Shown: one piece after another, positions 17,169 to 26,911 of the stretch | Numbering within the stretch: position 1 is the first letter of the stretch | How the letters are laid out: each line of letters starts with the position of its first letter | Assembly (NCBI RefSeq): GCF_004010195.1 | Contig: NC_057750.1 | Coordinates: forward strand, 13,647,473-13,674,383 | Reading direction: 5' to 3' | DNA from: Chiloscyllium plagiosum | Lineage: Eukaryota | Length of the DNA stretch: 26,911 nt | The notes under the pieces: model-generated | Told to the model about the DNA's origin: nothing | Database searches by the model: none | The model's input: the letters and a program-made list of their open reading frames with translations, nothing else | Made by a program: the position numbers and the translations under genes

Positions 17169-17431
17169 GGTGCCCAGCGGGTCCCTCTTTGAGACAGTTC
17201 ATGGGGCTGGGGAAATCACTGGGAGTTTGACATCTCTTTTGGTCTGGCCAATATGAAACAACGGGTTTGATTGAGGGTGTTTCAAACTCCCGAGGGGGCT
17301 GGACAGACCAGGTCGCGACCAGCTATGCTGAAAGGGCATGAGAACGAGAAGGCCGTCGATTTAAAACGATGTGCAAACGAGACAAGGGGGGTGGAGGAAC
17401 GTTTTCAACCCAGCGAGTAGTGGATCACACT

Positions 17432-17753
17432 GGGGGCGGCATGGTGGCTCAGTGGTTAGCACTGCTGCCTCACAGCACCAGGGTCCCAGGTTCGATTCCA
17501 GCCTCGGGTGACTATCTGTGTGGAGTTTGCACATTCTCCCCGTGTCTGTGTGGGTTTCCTCCGGGTGCTCTGGTTTACTCCCACAGTCACAATGATGGGC
17601 AGGTCAGGGTGAATTGGTCATGCTGAAATGCCCGTAGTGTGAGGTGCATTAGTTAGAGGGAAATAGGTCTGGGTGGGTTACTCTTCGGAGGGTGGGTGTG
17701 GACTGGTTGGGCCGAAGGGCCTGTTTCCACACAGTAGGGAATCTAATCAAATC
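17432..17753 (+). mobile_element. HE1 SINE inserted in an old CR1 fragment (about 17250-17431 and 17754-17880)
   Basis: Full head, V-domain and tail. Flanks read TTTTCAACCCAGCGAGTAGTG (FSTQRVV) and GTTCAAGAGGGGCATTGGATAG. Confidence 0.85.
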
Positions 17754-17945
17754 AATTGAGGTGTTCAAGAGGGGCATTGGATAGAAATGGGATGTGGTGG
17801 GGGGAGGGCAGGAGGTTGGCACATGGGGGATAGAATAGCAGGGCTGAATGACCTCTTCCTGCAATGTGACAATTCCGTGGATGGGGCATATTTTTCCCGA
17901 CTTGTCTTGTACATTTCAATTGCAACAGCTCCAGCCCTGGCTTTA

Positions 17946-18220
17946 AGTCACAGAATCCCTCCAGTGTGGAAACAGGCCCTTCGGCCCAACACTGACGCTC
18001 TGAAGATTAACCCTCCCAGACCCATTCCCCTACCCTATCACTCTACATTTACCCCTGACTAATGCCCCTGAGCCACACATCCCTGAACACTATGGGGCAA
18101 TTTAACCTGCACATCTTTGGACTGCGGGAGCAAACCCACGCAGACAGTCTGCCCGAGGCTGGGATCGAACCCAGGACCCTGGCGCTGTGAGGCAGCAGTG
18201 CCAACCACTGAGCCACCGTG
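17946..18220 (-). mobile_element. HE1 SINE, internally deleted
   Basis: GGAAACAGGCCCTTCGGCCCAAC tail and GCTGTGAGGCAGCAGTGCCAACCACTGAGCCACCGTG head. Confidence 0.85.
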
Positions 18221-18379
18221 GTTTTACTCCCCAGGCGGATCGGGATTTGAACCCAGGGTTGGTGAGGGTACTGCCCACCGATGCTCTTGGCTGGCACCAA
18301 AGTCCGGACTGGCAGATGTTTGGGCCGTTGAGGTCTGAGGTACAGTTCAGATGGTGACCTCACAACCCCTCCATTATAC

Positions 18380-19300
18380 AGGGGGTGGCGGGGGGCAGCG
18401 GGAGGCGGGCACTGGGGCAAGTGGAACTCCACGCCGGTAAAATATGACAGCGCGGAAGCTGGCGCTAACAAGAGAAACGGACTGACCTGACAGGATCACA
18501 AGGTGCTCCCCAAAACAAAGCAGCCAGTCGCTCAGAGGCGTCAGCACCCGGTATCACATCGCAGGTTAGCTTCTCTCGGAGCTGAAACCCACTCTCCCAA
18601 CCACGTCTGCAACCCCCCCCCCCCTCCCTCCCCGCCTTCCCGCTCTCCTGAGCTGAGCCCCAAGACGGTGGCACTCAGACTGAACTCCTGTCTTGGCACG
18701 GCCCCAGCACCCCTCCGCCCCGTCTCTCAGTGCCACACGTTCGGGTGTGGCATCGCCGCGATCTCAGTGCCTCCCCCTCACTCCGAGTCAATTCATTGTT
18801 CTTACTTGTTGCTCACAGACCCCCAGGAGGAGCCGCTGAGAGATGGTGAACGCAGTCACCGTGGGAGCAGACGCTAATCTCTGCGGTAACATGAGCCCAT
18901 CACAGGAGAGAACCTGAACAGGTAGGGAGCAGCTGCTGAGGGATCGCCTCTCTCTCTGTCTCTCTCTCTGTCTCTCTCTGTCTCTCTCTCTGTCTCTCTG
19001 TCTCTCTGACTCTCTCTCTCACTCACTTTGGGACGATGAACAGCGCTTAAAAGCACAAGGAGAGCCACTTGCATTGACGTAGCGCCGCTGACGCTAGGAA
19101 AAGCCAGCAGGTGACAGGAATTTGACGCCGGCTCGCCGAAGGGGAGGTGACCGAGAGTTTTCAGAAGCAGCTTGAAAGGAAGGAGGTGGGGGNNNNNNNN
19201 NNNNNNNNNNACTGAGTGGTGGGGGGAGGGGGGGTGGTTTAGGGAGACGGGTCTCGGGGAGGATTGCGGTTAGCAGGGACGTCAGAGGCAACACGGCAAG
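18380..19300. promoter_or_regulatory. CpG/GC-rich promoter or first-exon-like region
   Basis: Unique, GC-rich sequence with many CpGs, GC boxes at 18381-18410, CRE half sites at 19075, 19089, 19123 and 19280, splice-like signals on both strands, and a (CT/CTGT)n microsatellite. Confidence 0.5.
18947..19020. repeat. (CT)n/(CTGT) microsatellite
   Basis: Seen directly. Similar (GA)n tracts at 12035-12056 and 20218-20325. Confidence 0.95.
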
Positions 19301-19405
19301 GGTGTCCTCAAAGACTCACTTTCCCCACTGAGACGTGGAAATCTCAGCCAAGATCACCCAAACTTGGAGAAGTAGCCAAAGGCGGGAAATTGGGACAAGA
19401 TTCAT

Positions 19406-19878
19406 TTTAGGAAAGATGTGGAAGCTTTGGAGAGGGTGCAGAGGAGATTTACCAGGATGTTGCCTGGAATGGAGAATAGGTCGTACCAGGATAGGTTGAG
19501 CGTGCTAGGCCTTTTCTCATTGGAACGGCAAAGGACGAGGGGTGACTTGATAGAGGTTTATAAGATGATCAGAGGAATAGATTGAGTAGACAGTCAGAAA
19601 CTTTTTCCCCGGGTGCAACAGAGTGTTACAAGGGGACATAAATTTAAGGTGAAGGGTGGAAGGTATAGGGGAGATGTCAGGGGTGGGTTCTTTACCCAGA
19701 GAGTGGTGGGGGCATGGAATGCACTGCCTGTGGGAGTGGCAGAGGCAGAGTCATTGGTGACCTTTAAGTGGCAATTGGATAGGTACATGGATGGGTGCTT
19801 AAGCTAGGACTAATGTTCGGCACAACATTGTGGGCCGAAGGGCCTGTTCTGTGCTGTATTGTTCTATGTTCTATGTTC
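19406..19878 (+). mobile_element. Young 5'-truncated CR1 LINE
   Basis: RKDVEALERVQRRFTRMLPGMENRSYQDRLSVLGLFSLER...RGDLIEVYKMIRGID...TRGHKFKVKGG..FFTQRVVGAWNALP; (TATGTTC)n tail. Confidence 0.92.
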
Positions 19879-20324
19879 GGATTCGGAATCCTGGTTGGCA
19901 TGGACGAGTTGTGTCAAAGGGCCTGTTTCCATGTCTCTAAGTGAAGATTAACTATTAACTACTTCTGGCTGGCACAATGGAGGCATAGTGCAAACAGGAA
20001 AGTGGACATGAGGAATTTTGGATCAGCCATGATCCTAGTGAATGATGGAGCAGGCTCGAGGGGCCGAATGGCCTTTTCCTGTCTCCATTTCTTATGGTTT
20101 CCTCAGGAGTTTGGTTCACGTGCGAGCGTGAAGATTTGGGCGGGCAGGACAGCTCAATACCCAGAACACAAATGGGGATTACTGGAGAAACTCAGCAGGG
20201 TCCAGCAGGGTCTGTGGAGAGAGAGAGAGAGAGANNNNNNNNNNNNNNNNNNNNNNNNNNNGGGAGGAGGAGAGAGAGACAGAGGGAGAGACAGAGAGAG
20301 AAAGAGGGAGAAAGAGAGATAGAG

Positions 20325-20530
20325 GAAATCCAAGGAGTTTGACCCAGCGACAGTGAGGGGATGGCAGTATATTTCCAATTCGGGATGGTGAGTGGCACGG
20401 AGGGGAACTTGCAGGGGGTGGTGATCCCATGGATCTGCTGCCCCAGTCCCTCTGGATGGTGGAGATTGTGGATTTGGGGAAGGTGCTCTCAGAAGGAACC
20501 TTGGTACAGCACAGATAGTGTCCACTGCTG
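20325..20530 (-). mobile_element. L2B/Crack-like LINE fragment
   Basis: TTTGACCCAGCGACAGTGAGGGGATGGCAGTATATTTCCAA...GAGGGGAACTTGCAG...TTTGGGGAAGGTGCT is the reverse complement of sequence at 3240-3312 and 5714-5770. Confidence 0.75.
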
Positions 20531-20625
20531 TCACTGTAGGTGTGGTGTCAATCAGTGTTGCCTTAACCAGGATGGTTTTGGAGTTGTCAAGTGTCACTGA
20601 AGTCACAGGCAAGGAGGCAGTACCT

Positions 20626-20828
20626 AGAACATAGAACATTCCAGCGCAGTACAGGCCCTTCGGCCCTCGATGTTGCGCCGCCCTGTCATACCAATCTGAA
20701 GCCCATCCCACCTACACTATTCCATGTACGTCCATATGCCTGTCCAATGACGACTTAAATGCACTTAAACTTGGCGAATCTACTACCGTTGCAGGCAAAG
20801 CATTCCATACCCTTACTACTCTCTGAGT
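20626..20828 (-). mobile_element. CR1 LINE 3' tail
   Basis: TAGAACATAGAACA...CAGGCCCTTCGGCCC...GCATTCCATACCCTTACTACTCTCTGAGT. Confidence 0.85.
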
Positions 20829-20937
20829 ATTCCGACACGATCCTGAAATGTGTTTTGGCTTTCAGGAGATATGGTATTTGCTGTCGGTTTTCCAACCTCT
20901 GAGTAGCGACAGGATTTCTCCAGCTAATCTAATTATT

Positions 20938-21158
20938 GGAATGCTCTGCCCCAGAGAGCAGTGGAGGCCCACTCTCTGGATTCATTTAAGAAGGAGTTGG
21001 ATAGAGCTCTCAAAGATAGTGGAATCAAGGGTTATGGAGATAAGGCAGGAACAGGATACTGATTAGGAATGATCAGCCATGATTATATTGAATGGCGGTG
21101 CAGGCTCGAAGGGCTGAATGGCCTACTCCTGCACCTATTGTCTATTGTCTATTGTCTA
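20938..21158 (+). mobile_element. CR1 LINE 3' end
   Basis: GGAATGCTCTGCCCCAGAG (WNALPQ)...FKKELDRAL; tail GGCTCGAAGGGCTGAATGGCCTACTCC followed by (TATTGTC)3. Confidence 0.85.
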
Positions 21159-21243
21159 AAATCAATGCCAGAATTAATTTTAAGGAGAACCTGGCTCAGT
21201 GATGGAAGGAAAGTGAGAGAAGGGGATTTTGGAACGTGACAAA

Positions 21244-21447
21244 TGAAACAACCCGACCACCACCAAGTCACCCTTTATCTATGCGCGGAGGGTCCTCGAC
21301 ACTGACCCAGCTCCCTCAGAGCCAGCTCTCAGAGTGAGCAGAACCTCTGACCCTCCTGATTATATCTGTCAGCCAGGGCTCCCTGATTGGAAACCCCCCC
21401 CCCCCCCCACCGCCCCCTCCCCCAATCAGGGAACTGACCTCATAACA
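21244..21447 (-). mobile_element. Solo-LTR-like repeat
   Basis: CACCAAGTCACCCTTTAT...GACACTGACCCAGCTCCCTCAGAGC...GTCAGCCAGGGCTCCCTGATTGG is the reverse complement of 25200-25374 and 9000-9085. Confidence 0.7.
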
Positions 21448-21769
21448 AATAGCGAAAACAGAAAGTGGCCCGCTATTGAAATACAGTCAGAATGTGCTGG
21501 AGGAACTCAGGTTTCGGGACCAACGTGACTCTTTCTTGGAATCGAGCGTGATATTGAAGATAATTGTTTGGCAACACAGCAACGCACAATCGCAAGCACA
21601 TCAAGCCTGCAAGGGAATAACAATTTAGACTGCGTGAGAGACGAAGGTGCCAATTGAATGGCTTGATTGGTGGAAACATGACTGTGGAGAGTGCATTAGA
21701 AACCAGTTACTGCCAGGCTTTTTACTAATCTCAGAAATAACAGAATGTTTGTGTTAAATTAGGTGCATT

Positions 21770-22145
21770 CATAGAACCATAGAATCCCTACGGTGTGGAA
21801 GCAGGCTATTCAGAACATCGAGTCCACAACAACCTTCCGGAATGTATTCCATCCAGATCCAACCCATATTCTTGCATTTCCCATGGCCAATCCTCCCTAA
21901 CCTGCACATCTCTGGGCATTAGGGGAAATTTAGTACAGCCAATCCACCCCAGCCTGCACACCCCTGGGCACTATGGGCACTTCAGTATGACCAATCCACC
22001 CTAACCTGCACACCGCTGGGCACTATGGGCAATTGAGCATGGCCAATCCACCCTAACCTGCACAACCCTGGGCACTATGGGCACTTTAGTATGACCAATC
22101 CACCCTAACCTGCACACCGCTGGGCACTATGGGCAATTTAGCATG
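21770..22145 (-). mobile_element. HE1 SINE 3' part with an amplified internal 52-bp tandem repeat
   Basis: Tail at 21770-21830; units start at 21897, 21949, 22001, 22053 and 22105. Confidence 0.85.
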
Positions 22146-22146
22146 T

Positions 22147-22515
22147 TCGAGGAGAAAGTGAGGGCTGCAGATGCTGGAGACCAGAGCTGAAAATGTGTTG
22201 CTGGAAAAGCGCAGCAGGTCAGGATGAGGCGCTCTTCCTCCAGCCGTCGTGTTGCCATGGTCTGGCGATGGAGGAGTCCAAGGACTTGCATGTCCTTGGC
22301 ACCTCATCTTCTGCCTGGGAATCCTCCAACCACGAGGGATGAACTCAGATTTCTCCAGTTTCCTCATTTCCCCTCCCCCCACCTTGTCTCAGTCAAATCC
22401 CTCGAACTCAGCACCGCCTTCCTAACCTGCAATCATCTTCCTGACCTCTCCGCCTCCACCCCCTCTCCGGCCTATCACCCTCACCTTGACCTCCGTCTAC
22501 CTATCGCATTTCCAA
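22147..22515. mobile_element. Rearranged Penelope-like element: family A tail (-), inverted GIY-YIG coding piece (-) and GIY-YIG C-terminus with 3' UTR (+)
   Basis: The minus strand of 22224-22297 encodes KDMQVLGLLHRQTMATRRLEEERL, and the plus strand from 22300 encodes HLIFCLGILQPRGMNSDFSSFL. Joined, they resemble the PLE GIY-YIG end (R..E...I..L.TL.P.G.N). Confidence 0.8.
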
Positions 22516-22520
22516 AGCCC

Positions 22521-22753
22521 GTCAGTAACTGTGGGGCTGGTTTATATCAAGCAGGGGGAGATTGGTGTCAACGACTGTGGGGCTGGATTATATCAGACAG
22601 GGGAGATTGGCGTCACTGACTGTGGAGCTGGTTTATATCAGACAGGGGGAGACTGGTGTCAGTGACTGTGGGCTGGTTTATATCAGACTGGGGGAGATTG
22701 GTGTCAGTGTCTGTGGGGCTGGTTTATATCAGACAGGAGGAGATTGGTGTCAG
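22521..22753 (+). repeat. 45-46-bp minisatellite, at least 5 units, running into the gap
   Basis: Unit GTCAGTGACTGTGGGGCTGGTTTATATCAGACAGGGGGAGATTGGT starts at 22521, 22567, 22612, 22658, 22703 and 22749. Confidence 0.95.
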
Positions 22754-23743
22754 NNNNNNNNNNNNNNNNNNNNNNNNNNNNNNNNNNNNNNNNNNNNNNN
22801 NNNNNNNNNNNNNNNNNNNNNNNNNNNNNNNNNNNNNNNNNNNNNNNNNNNNNNNNNNNNNNNNNNNNNNNNNNNNNNNNNNNNNNNNNNNNNNNNNNNN
22901 NNNNNNNNNNNNNNNNNNNNNNNNNNNNNNNNNNNNNNNNNNNNNNNNNNNNNNNNNNNNNNNNNNNNNNNNNNNNNNNNNNNNNNNNNNNNNNNNNNNN
23001 NNNNNNNNNNNNNNNNNNNNNNNNNNNNNNNNNNNNNNNNNNNNNNNNNNNNNNNNNNNNNNNNNNNNNNNNNNNNNNNNNNNNNNNNNNNNNNNNNNNN
23101 NNNNNNNNNNNNNNNNNNNNNNNNNNNNNNNNNNNNNNNNNNNNNNNNNNNNNNNNNNNNNNNNNNNNNNNNNNNNNNNNNNNNNNNNNNNNNNNNNNNN
23201 NNNNNNNNNNNNNNNNNNNNNNNNNNNNNNNNNNNNNNNNNNNNNNNNNNNNNNNNNNNNNNNNNNNNNNNNNNNNNNNNNNNNNNNNNNNNNNNNNNNN
23301 NNNNNNNNNNNNNNNNNNNNNNNNNNNNNNNNNNNNNNNNNNNNNNNNNNNNNNNNNNNNNNNNNNNNNNNNNNNNNNNNNNNNNNNNNNNNNNNNNNNN
23401 NNNNNNNNNNNNNNNNNNNNNNNNNNNNNNNNNNNNNNNNNNNNNNNNNNNNNNNNNNNNNNNNNNNNNNNNNNNNNNNNNNNNNNNNNNNNNNNNNNNN
23501 NNNNNNNNNNNNNNNNNNNNNNNNNNNNNNNNNNNNNNNNNNNNNNNNNNNNNNNNNNNNNNNNNNNNNNNNNNNNNNNNNNNNNNNNNNNNNNNNNNNN
23601 NNNNNNNNNNNNNNNNNNNNNNNNNNNNNNNNNNNNNNNNNNNNNNNNNNNNNNNNNNNNNNNNNNNNNNNNNNNNNNNNNNNNNNNNNNNNNNNNNNNN
23701 NNNNNNNNNNNNNNNNNNNNNNNNNNNNNNNNNNNNNNNNNNN
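22754..23743. other. Assembly gap (990 N)
   Basis: Run of N; small gaps also at 19193-19210 and 20235-20261. Confidence 1.
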
Positions 23744-24000
23744 CAACATGACCTCCCAACTCCTGTACTCAATACTCTGACCAATAAAGGAAAGCATACC
23801 AAACGCCTTCTTCACTATCCTATCTACCTGCAACTCCACTTTCAAGGAGCTATGAACCTGCACTCCAAGGTCTCTTTGTTCAGCAACATGTCCCAGGACC
23901 TTACCAATAAGTGTACAAGTCCTGCTCTAATTTGCCTTACCAAAATGCAGCACCTCACGTTTATCTAAAATAAACTCCACCTACCACTCCTCGGCCCATT
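23744..24000 (-). mobile_element. CR1 LINE RT/thumb fragment
   Basis: Minus-strand translation DLGVQVHSSLKVELQVDRIVKKAFGMLSFIGQSIEYRSWEVML. Confidence 0.88.
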
Positions 24001-24546
24001 AGCCAGGGTCTCTGAGTTGTTCAGCAGCGATGAACACAGAGGGTACTTTTGAGGTGGAGGGTCTTGGTTATGCCATGGGACTGTGGTTGGAAATTGATTT
24101 TGGTGCCAAATTTCACAGACATGTTTGCAAACAGTCTGGCTCAGGGAGAGATGTGTGGTGTTGGTGGAAATTGTGATGGTAAGCCAAATTCAGTATGAGG
24201 AAGGGTTTGGGTTTTTGGTTGAAATCGGAAAGCGATCATTGATTGGCAGGCGATGGGATTTGAGTTGAGCAACCTGAAACAACCAATCAGGAGCGCGCTC
24301 TAAAAGCCGATATTGGTTTAGAAAATAGTTAAGGCTTTCGTGTCAAGCTCTCCATGAATGACACGCAAATATTTACATTAATGACTTTCATCAGCCCTCC
24401 TGAAGCCCTTGACTATTTCCGATTTGATTATCTGACATTTATTAAAGAGTGAGCAGGACTTAACTCAAGTTAAATGTTGGGAAAACCAGTTATTACCTTC
24501 CCTTCCCATTACAAACTCTGTTCCGTGACAATCACCTTTATCCTCA

Positions 24547-24842
24547 GGGGTTCGATTCCACCCTCGGGCGACTGTCTGCATGGAGTTTGCACATTCTCCC
24601 CGTGTCTGCGTGGGTTTCCTCCGGGTGCTCCGGTTTCCTCCCACAATCCAAAGATATGCAGGTTAGGGTGGAGTGGGCATGCTAAATTGTCCATAGTGAC
24701 CAGGGATGTGCAGGCTAGGTGGATTAGCTATGGGAAATGTCGGATTACAGGGGTAGGGGGGGTCTGGGAGGGATTATTTTTGGAAGGTAGGTATGAACTC
24801 AATGGGCCGAATGGCCTCTTTCAGCACTGTAGGGATTCCATG
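24547..24842 (+). mobile_element. 5'-truncated HE1 SINE
   Basis: Starts at the B box GGTTCGATTCC; V-domain and tail present. Confidence 0.88.
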
Positions 24843-24859
24843 GGTGTCTAAAATCGAGC

Positions 24860-25655
24860 AGACCTTTTGGAACTTCAGTTTTGTGCTTGACTCAGGATGA
24901 GATCTCAGTATCCTACTGGCCCTGATCAAGGCTGTCCACTCACGGCCCAAACTTTATCTCCTAACATCCTATGCTGACCCCTCTCATCTCACCTTCGTCA
25001 TCTCTAACCATGACTACTCCAATGTTCTCAGGTCTTCTACTCCATGTGAATCCCTAGACTGTTGCTTGTTGTACTGATTGTAACGTGGTCTGTCGGGTGG
25101 ACTAGATTGGGTTGGGATATCTGGTCGGCATGGACGAGTTGGACCGAAGGGTCTATTTTCGTGCTGTACATCTTGTTGACTCTATGACCTCATAGAATGC
25201 CAGTTCTCTGATTGGGGCTGTTAAACCTGGTCCAATTAAGGAGTCCTGGCTGACAGGTATAATCAGGAGTGTCAGAGGTTCTGCTCTGAGGGAGCTGGGT
25301 CAGTGTCAAGGACTCTCCGTGTATACATAAAGGGGACTTGCTGACCAGATACTGGCGCCTGTCGAATTATTTCACAGTTGGCCCTACCTACCCCTCTGCT
25401 CACTGACATTGGCTCCCAGAGCAACAAAGGAGCAATTTAAAAACCCTCCATCTTCTTTTCAAATCCTGACAGGGCCTTTGATATCTCCATCTCTCCTCAA
25501 GCCTCCGAGACCCCGGGTTTCTCCAACCCTGGCACTGTGTGCCCGGCAGAGATTGATTGCTCACTGTTGGCACACCATTCATCGAGCAGCCAAATCTCTG
25601 GAACATCTCTCTCCCAACAAATCTCTCTTTAAAACCTGCCTCTTTGACCACACAA
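24860..25655 (+). mobile_element. Decayed L2 LINE ORF2 C-terminus split by the solo LTR
   Basis: CCTTCGTCATCTCTAACCATGACTACTCCAATG resembles AFVTSRLDYSN, CATTGGCTCCCA reads HWLP, and CTTTAAAACCTGCCTCTTT resembles LKTYLF. Confidence 0.6.
25070..25374 (+). mobile_element. Solo-LTR-like repeat (TG...CA) carrying a CR1-tail insertion at about 25103-25187
   Basis: TGTACTGATTGTAAC...GAATTATTTCA with ATTGG/CCAAT, TATAAT and CATAAA. The insert TAGATTGGGTTGGGATATCTGGTCGGCATGGAC... matches 4229-4322. Confidence 0.7.
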
Positions 25656-25674
25656 TAGATCCACAAGCTTTGTC

Positions 25675-25975
25675 TTTATCTGTTCTTCCATGGGACGTGG
25701 GCATTGCTGGCAAGGTCTTGCCCATCCCTAAGTGCCCCCCCCCACGAACTGAGTGCCTTGCCATTTCCTTCGCAAAAGAGCATTTGTAAGCTGGATGGGT
25801 TTACAGAAACAATGGCCGAAAGTTGTATTTATCCACTTGAAGATTAGCTTTCAATTCCAGGTTTAATAATTCAGTATAGACTCCAGAAGCTGGGACTCGA
25901 ACCCCTGTCCCTGGAGAATGACTGGTTCCACCAGCTTACCAGGCCAATAACATTGCTGCGATGTGCCACTATTCC
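25675..25975 (-). mobile_element. Degenerate SINE family 2
   Basis: CATGGGACGTGGGCATTGCTGGCAAGG..TTGCCCATCCCTAA tail and GGGACTCGAACCC B box. Confidence 0.65.
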
Positions 25976-26035
25976 CTGTGCAAACTCGGCTTACAATGCT
26001 GCTCATGTGTGGGTCAGTGTCCCCCTTCACTTTAA

Positions 26036-26348
26036 GGGCAGCACGGTGGCTCGGTGGTTAGCACTGCTGCCTCACAGCACCAGGGACCCAGGTTCGATTC
26101 CAGCCCCGGGTGACTGACTGTGTGGAGTTTGCACATTCTCCCCATGTTTGCGTGGGTTTCCTCCGGGTGCTCCGGTTTCCTCCCACAGTCCAAAGATGTG
26201 AAGGTCAGGGTGGATTGGCCGTGCTAAATTGTCCGTAGTGCTACGCGCATTAGTCAGAGGGAAATGGGTCTGGGTGGGTTACTCTTCGGAGGGTCGATGT
26301 GGGCCGAAGGGCCTGTTTCTGCACTATAGGGAATCTTAAACTAATCTA
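26036..26348 (+). mobile_element. HE1 SINE, full length
   Basis: A/B boxes, V-domain and tail. Confidence 0.92.
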
Positions 26349-26621
26349 AAAATTCACTCTGCAGGGGACTCACTCCTGAAAAGTCAGCCAGACACAAGAA
26401 ACACATGTGACCATTTGACAGCCGTCAGAGTGTATCCATGCAGTGAGTGAGTGCTGGGTGGAGCCCTCACGGAGTGTTTATGGCCAGGGCTCCAGCTCTG
26501 ATTGCAGCCCTTGTCACAGCAGCCTTGTGAGTCAGAGGCGAGGCTAAGGCGATGTGCACAAACCCATTCCATATGTTCACTGAACGTACAGGAACCACTT
26601 AACTTCCTTCACCTCGCAATC

Positions 26622-26911
26622 AGACACTGCACTCGACCCAATATACACACGCCCCGCTCAATACACACACACCCCTGAGACAATATACACTCTCCTGACC
26701 CAATACACACACCCCTGACCCGATACACTCCACCGACCCAAAATACACACACCCTCCAATGCAATGCACATATGACTAACCCAATACACACACCTCTGAC
26801 CAATATACAACACACCCGTGACCCAATACACATACCCCTGACCCAATACATACACACACCCACGACCCAATACACACACCCACGACCCAATATACACACC
26901 TCCGAGCCAAT
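26622..26911 (+). repeat. CA-rich minisatellite (about 20-26-bp variable unit, CCCTGACCCAATACACACAC)
   Basis: GACCCAATA(T/C)ACAC recurs to the end of the window. Confidence 0.9.

Noticed and set aside
18503..18877. 124-aa proline-rich ORF
   Set aside because: It arises from a poly-C, GC-rich tract, has a non-ATG start and shows no recognisable domain.
22521..22753. Possible CRISPR array
   Set aside because: Units are contiguous with no unique spacers, and the context is a vertebrate genome.
22562..23968. Long ORFs of 335-468 aa in the ORF track
   Set aside because: They are open only because they cross the 990-N gap; the flanks are minisatellite and CR1.
24230..24450. Promoter-like CCAAT and forkhead motifs in unique sequence
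   Set aside because: Only short common motifs (ATTGG/CCAAT, GCAAATATTTAC) with no adjacent exon evidence; too weak to call.
26609..26899. Cys/Val/Trp-rich ORFs on the minus strand
   Set aside because: They are translations of the CA-rich minisatellite.

Overview
Eukaryotic, repeat-dense DNA, almost certainly from a shark or other elasmobranch (inferred from about 10 HE1/V-SINE copies and CR1/HER1-type LINE tails). Most of the window is nested retroelement debris: HE1 SINEs, a second tRNA-derived SINE and its partner LINE, DeuSINE-like relics, CR1, L2, Rex1/Babar and Tx1 LINE fragments, solo-LTR-like repeats, and Penelope-like element (PLE) ends. There are also two minisatellites and a 990-N gap. 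Host sequence is limited. At the left edge are two probable terminal coding exons of an unidentified + strand gene (235-335 and 2429-2707, with AATAAA at 2823). There is also a CpG-rich promoter/first-exon-like region (about 18380-19300) and several unique motif clusters, including a MEF2/GATA/NKX2/T-box/E-box cluster at 12060-12205. The most interesting signal is a set of short, TSD-flanked, often palindromic PLE-derived elements from at least 3 sequence families. They carry minimal type-I hammerhead ribozyme cores (CUGANGA-A-stem II-GAAA-CG/GC-UH) at or near their 5' boundary or axis of symmetry. A rearranged GIY-YIG endonuclease fragment at 22224-22370 ties one family to Penelope. All family names come from recognition of the sequence, not database searches, and most repeat boundaries are approximate.
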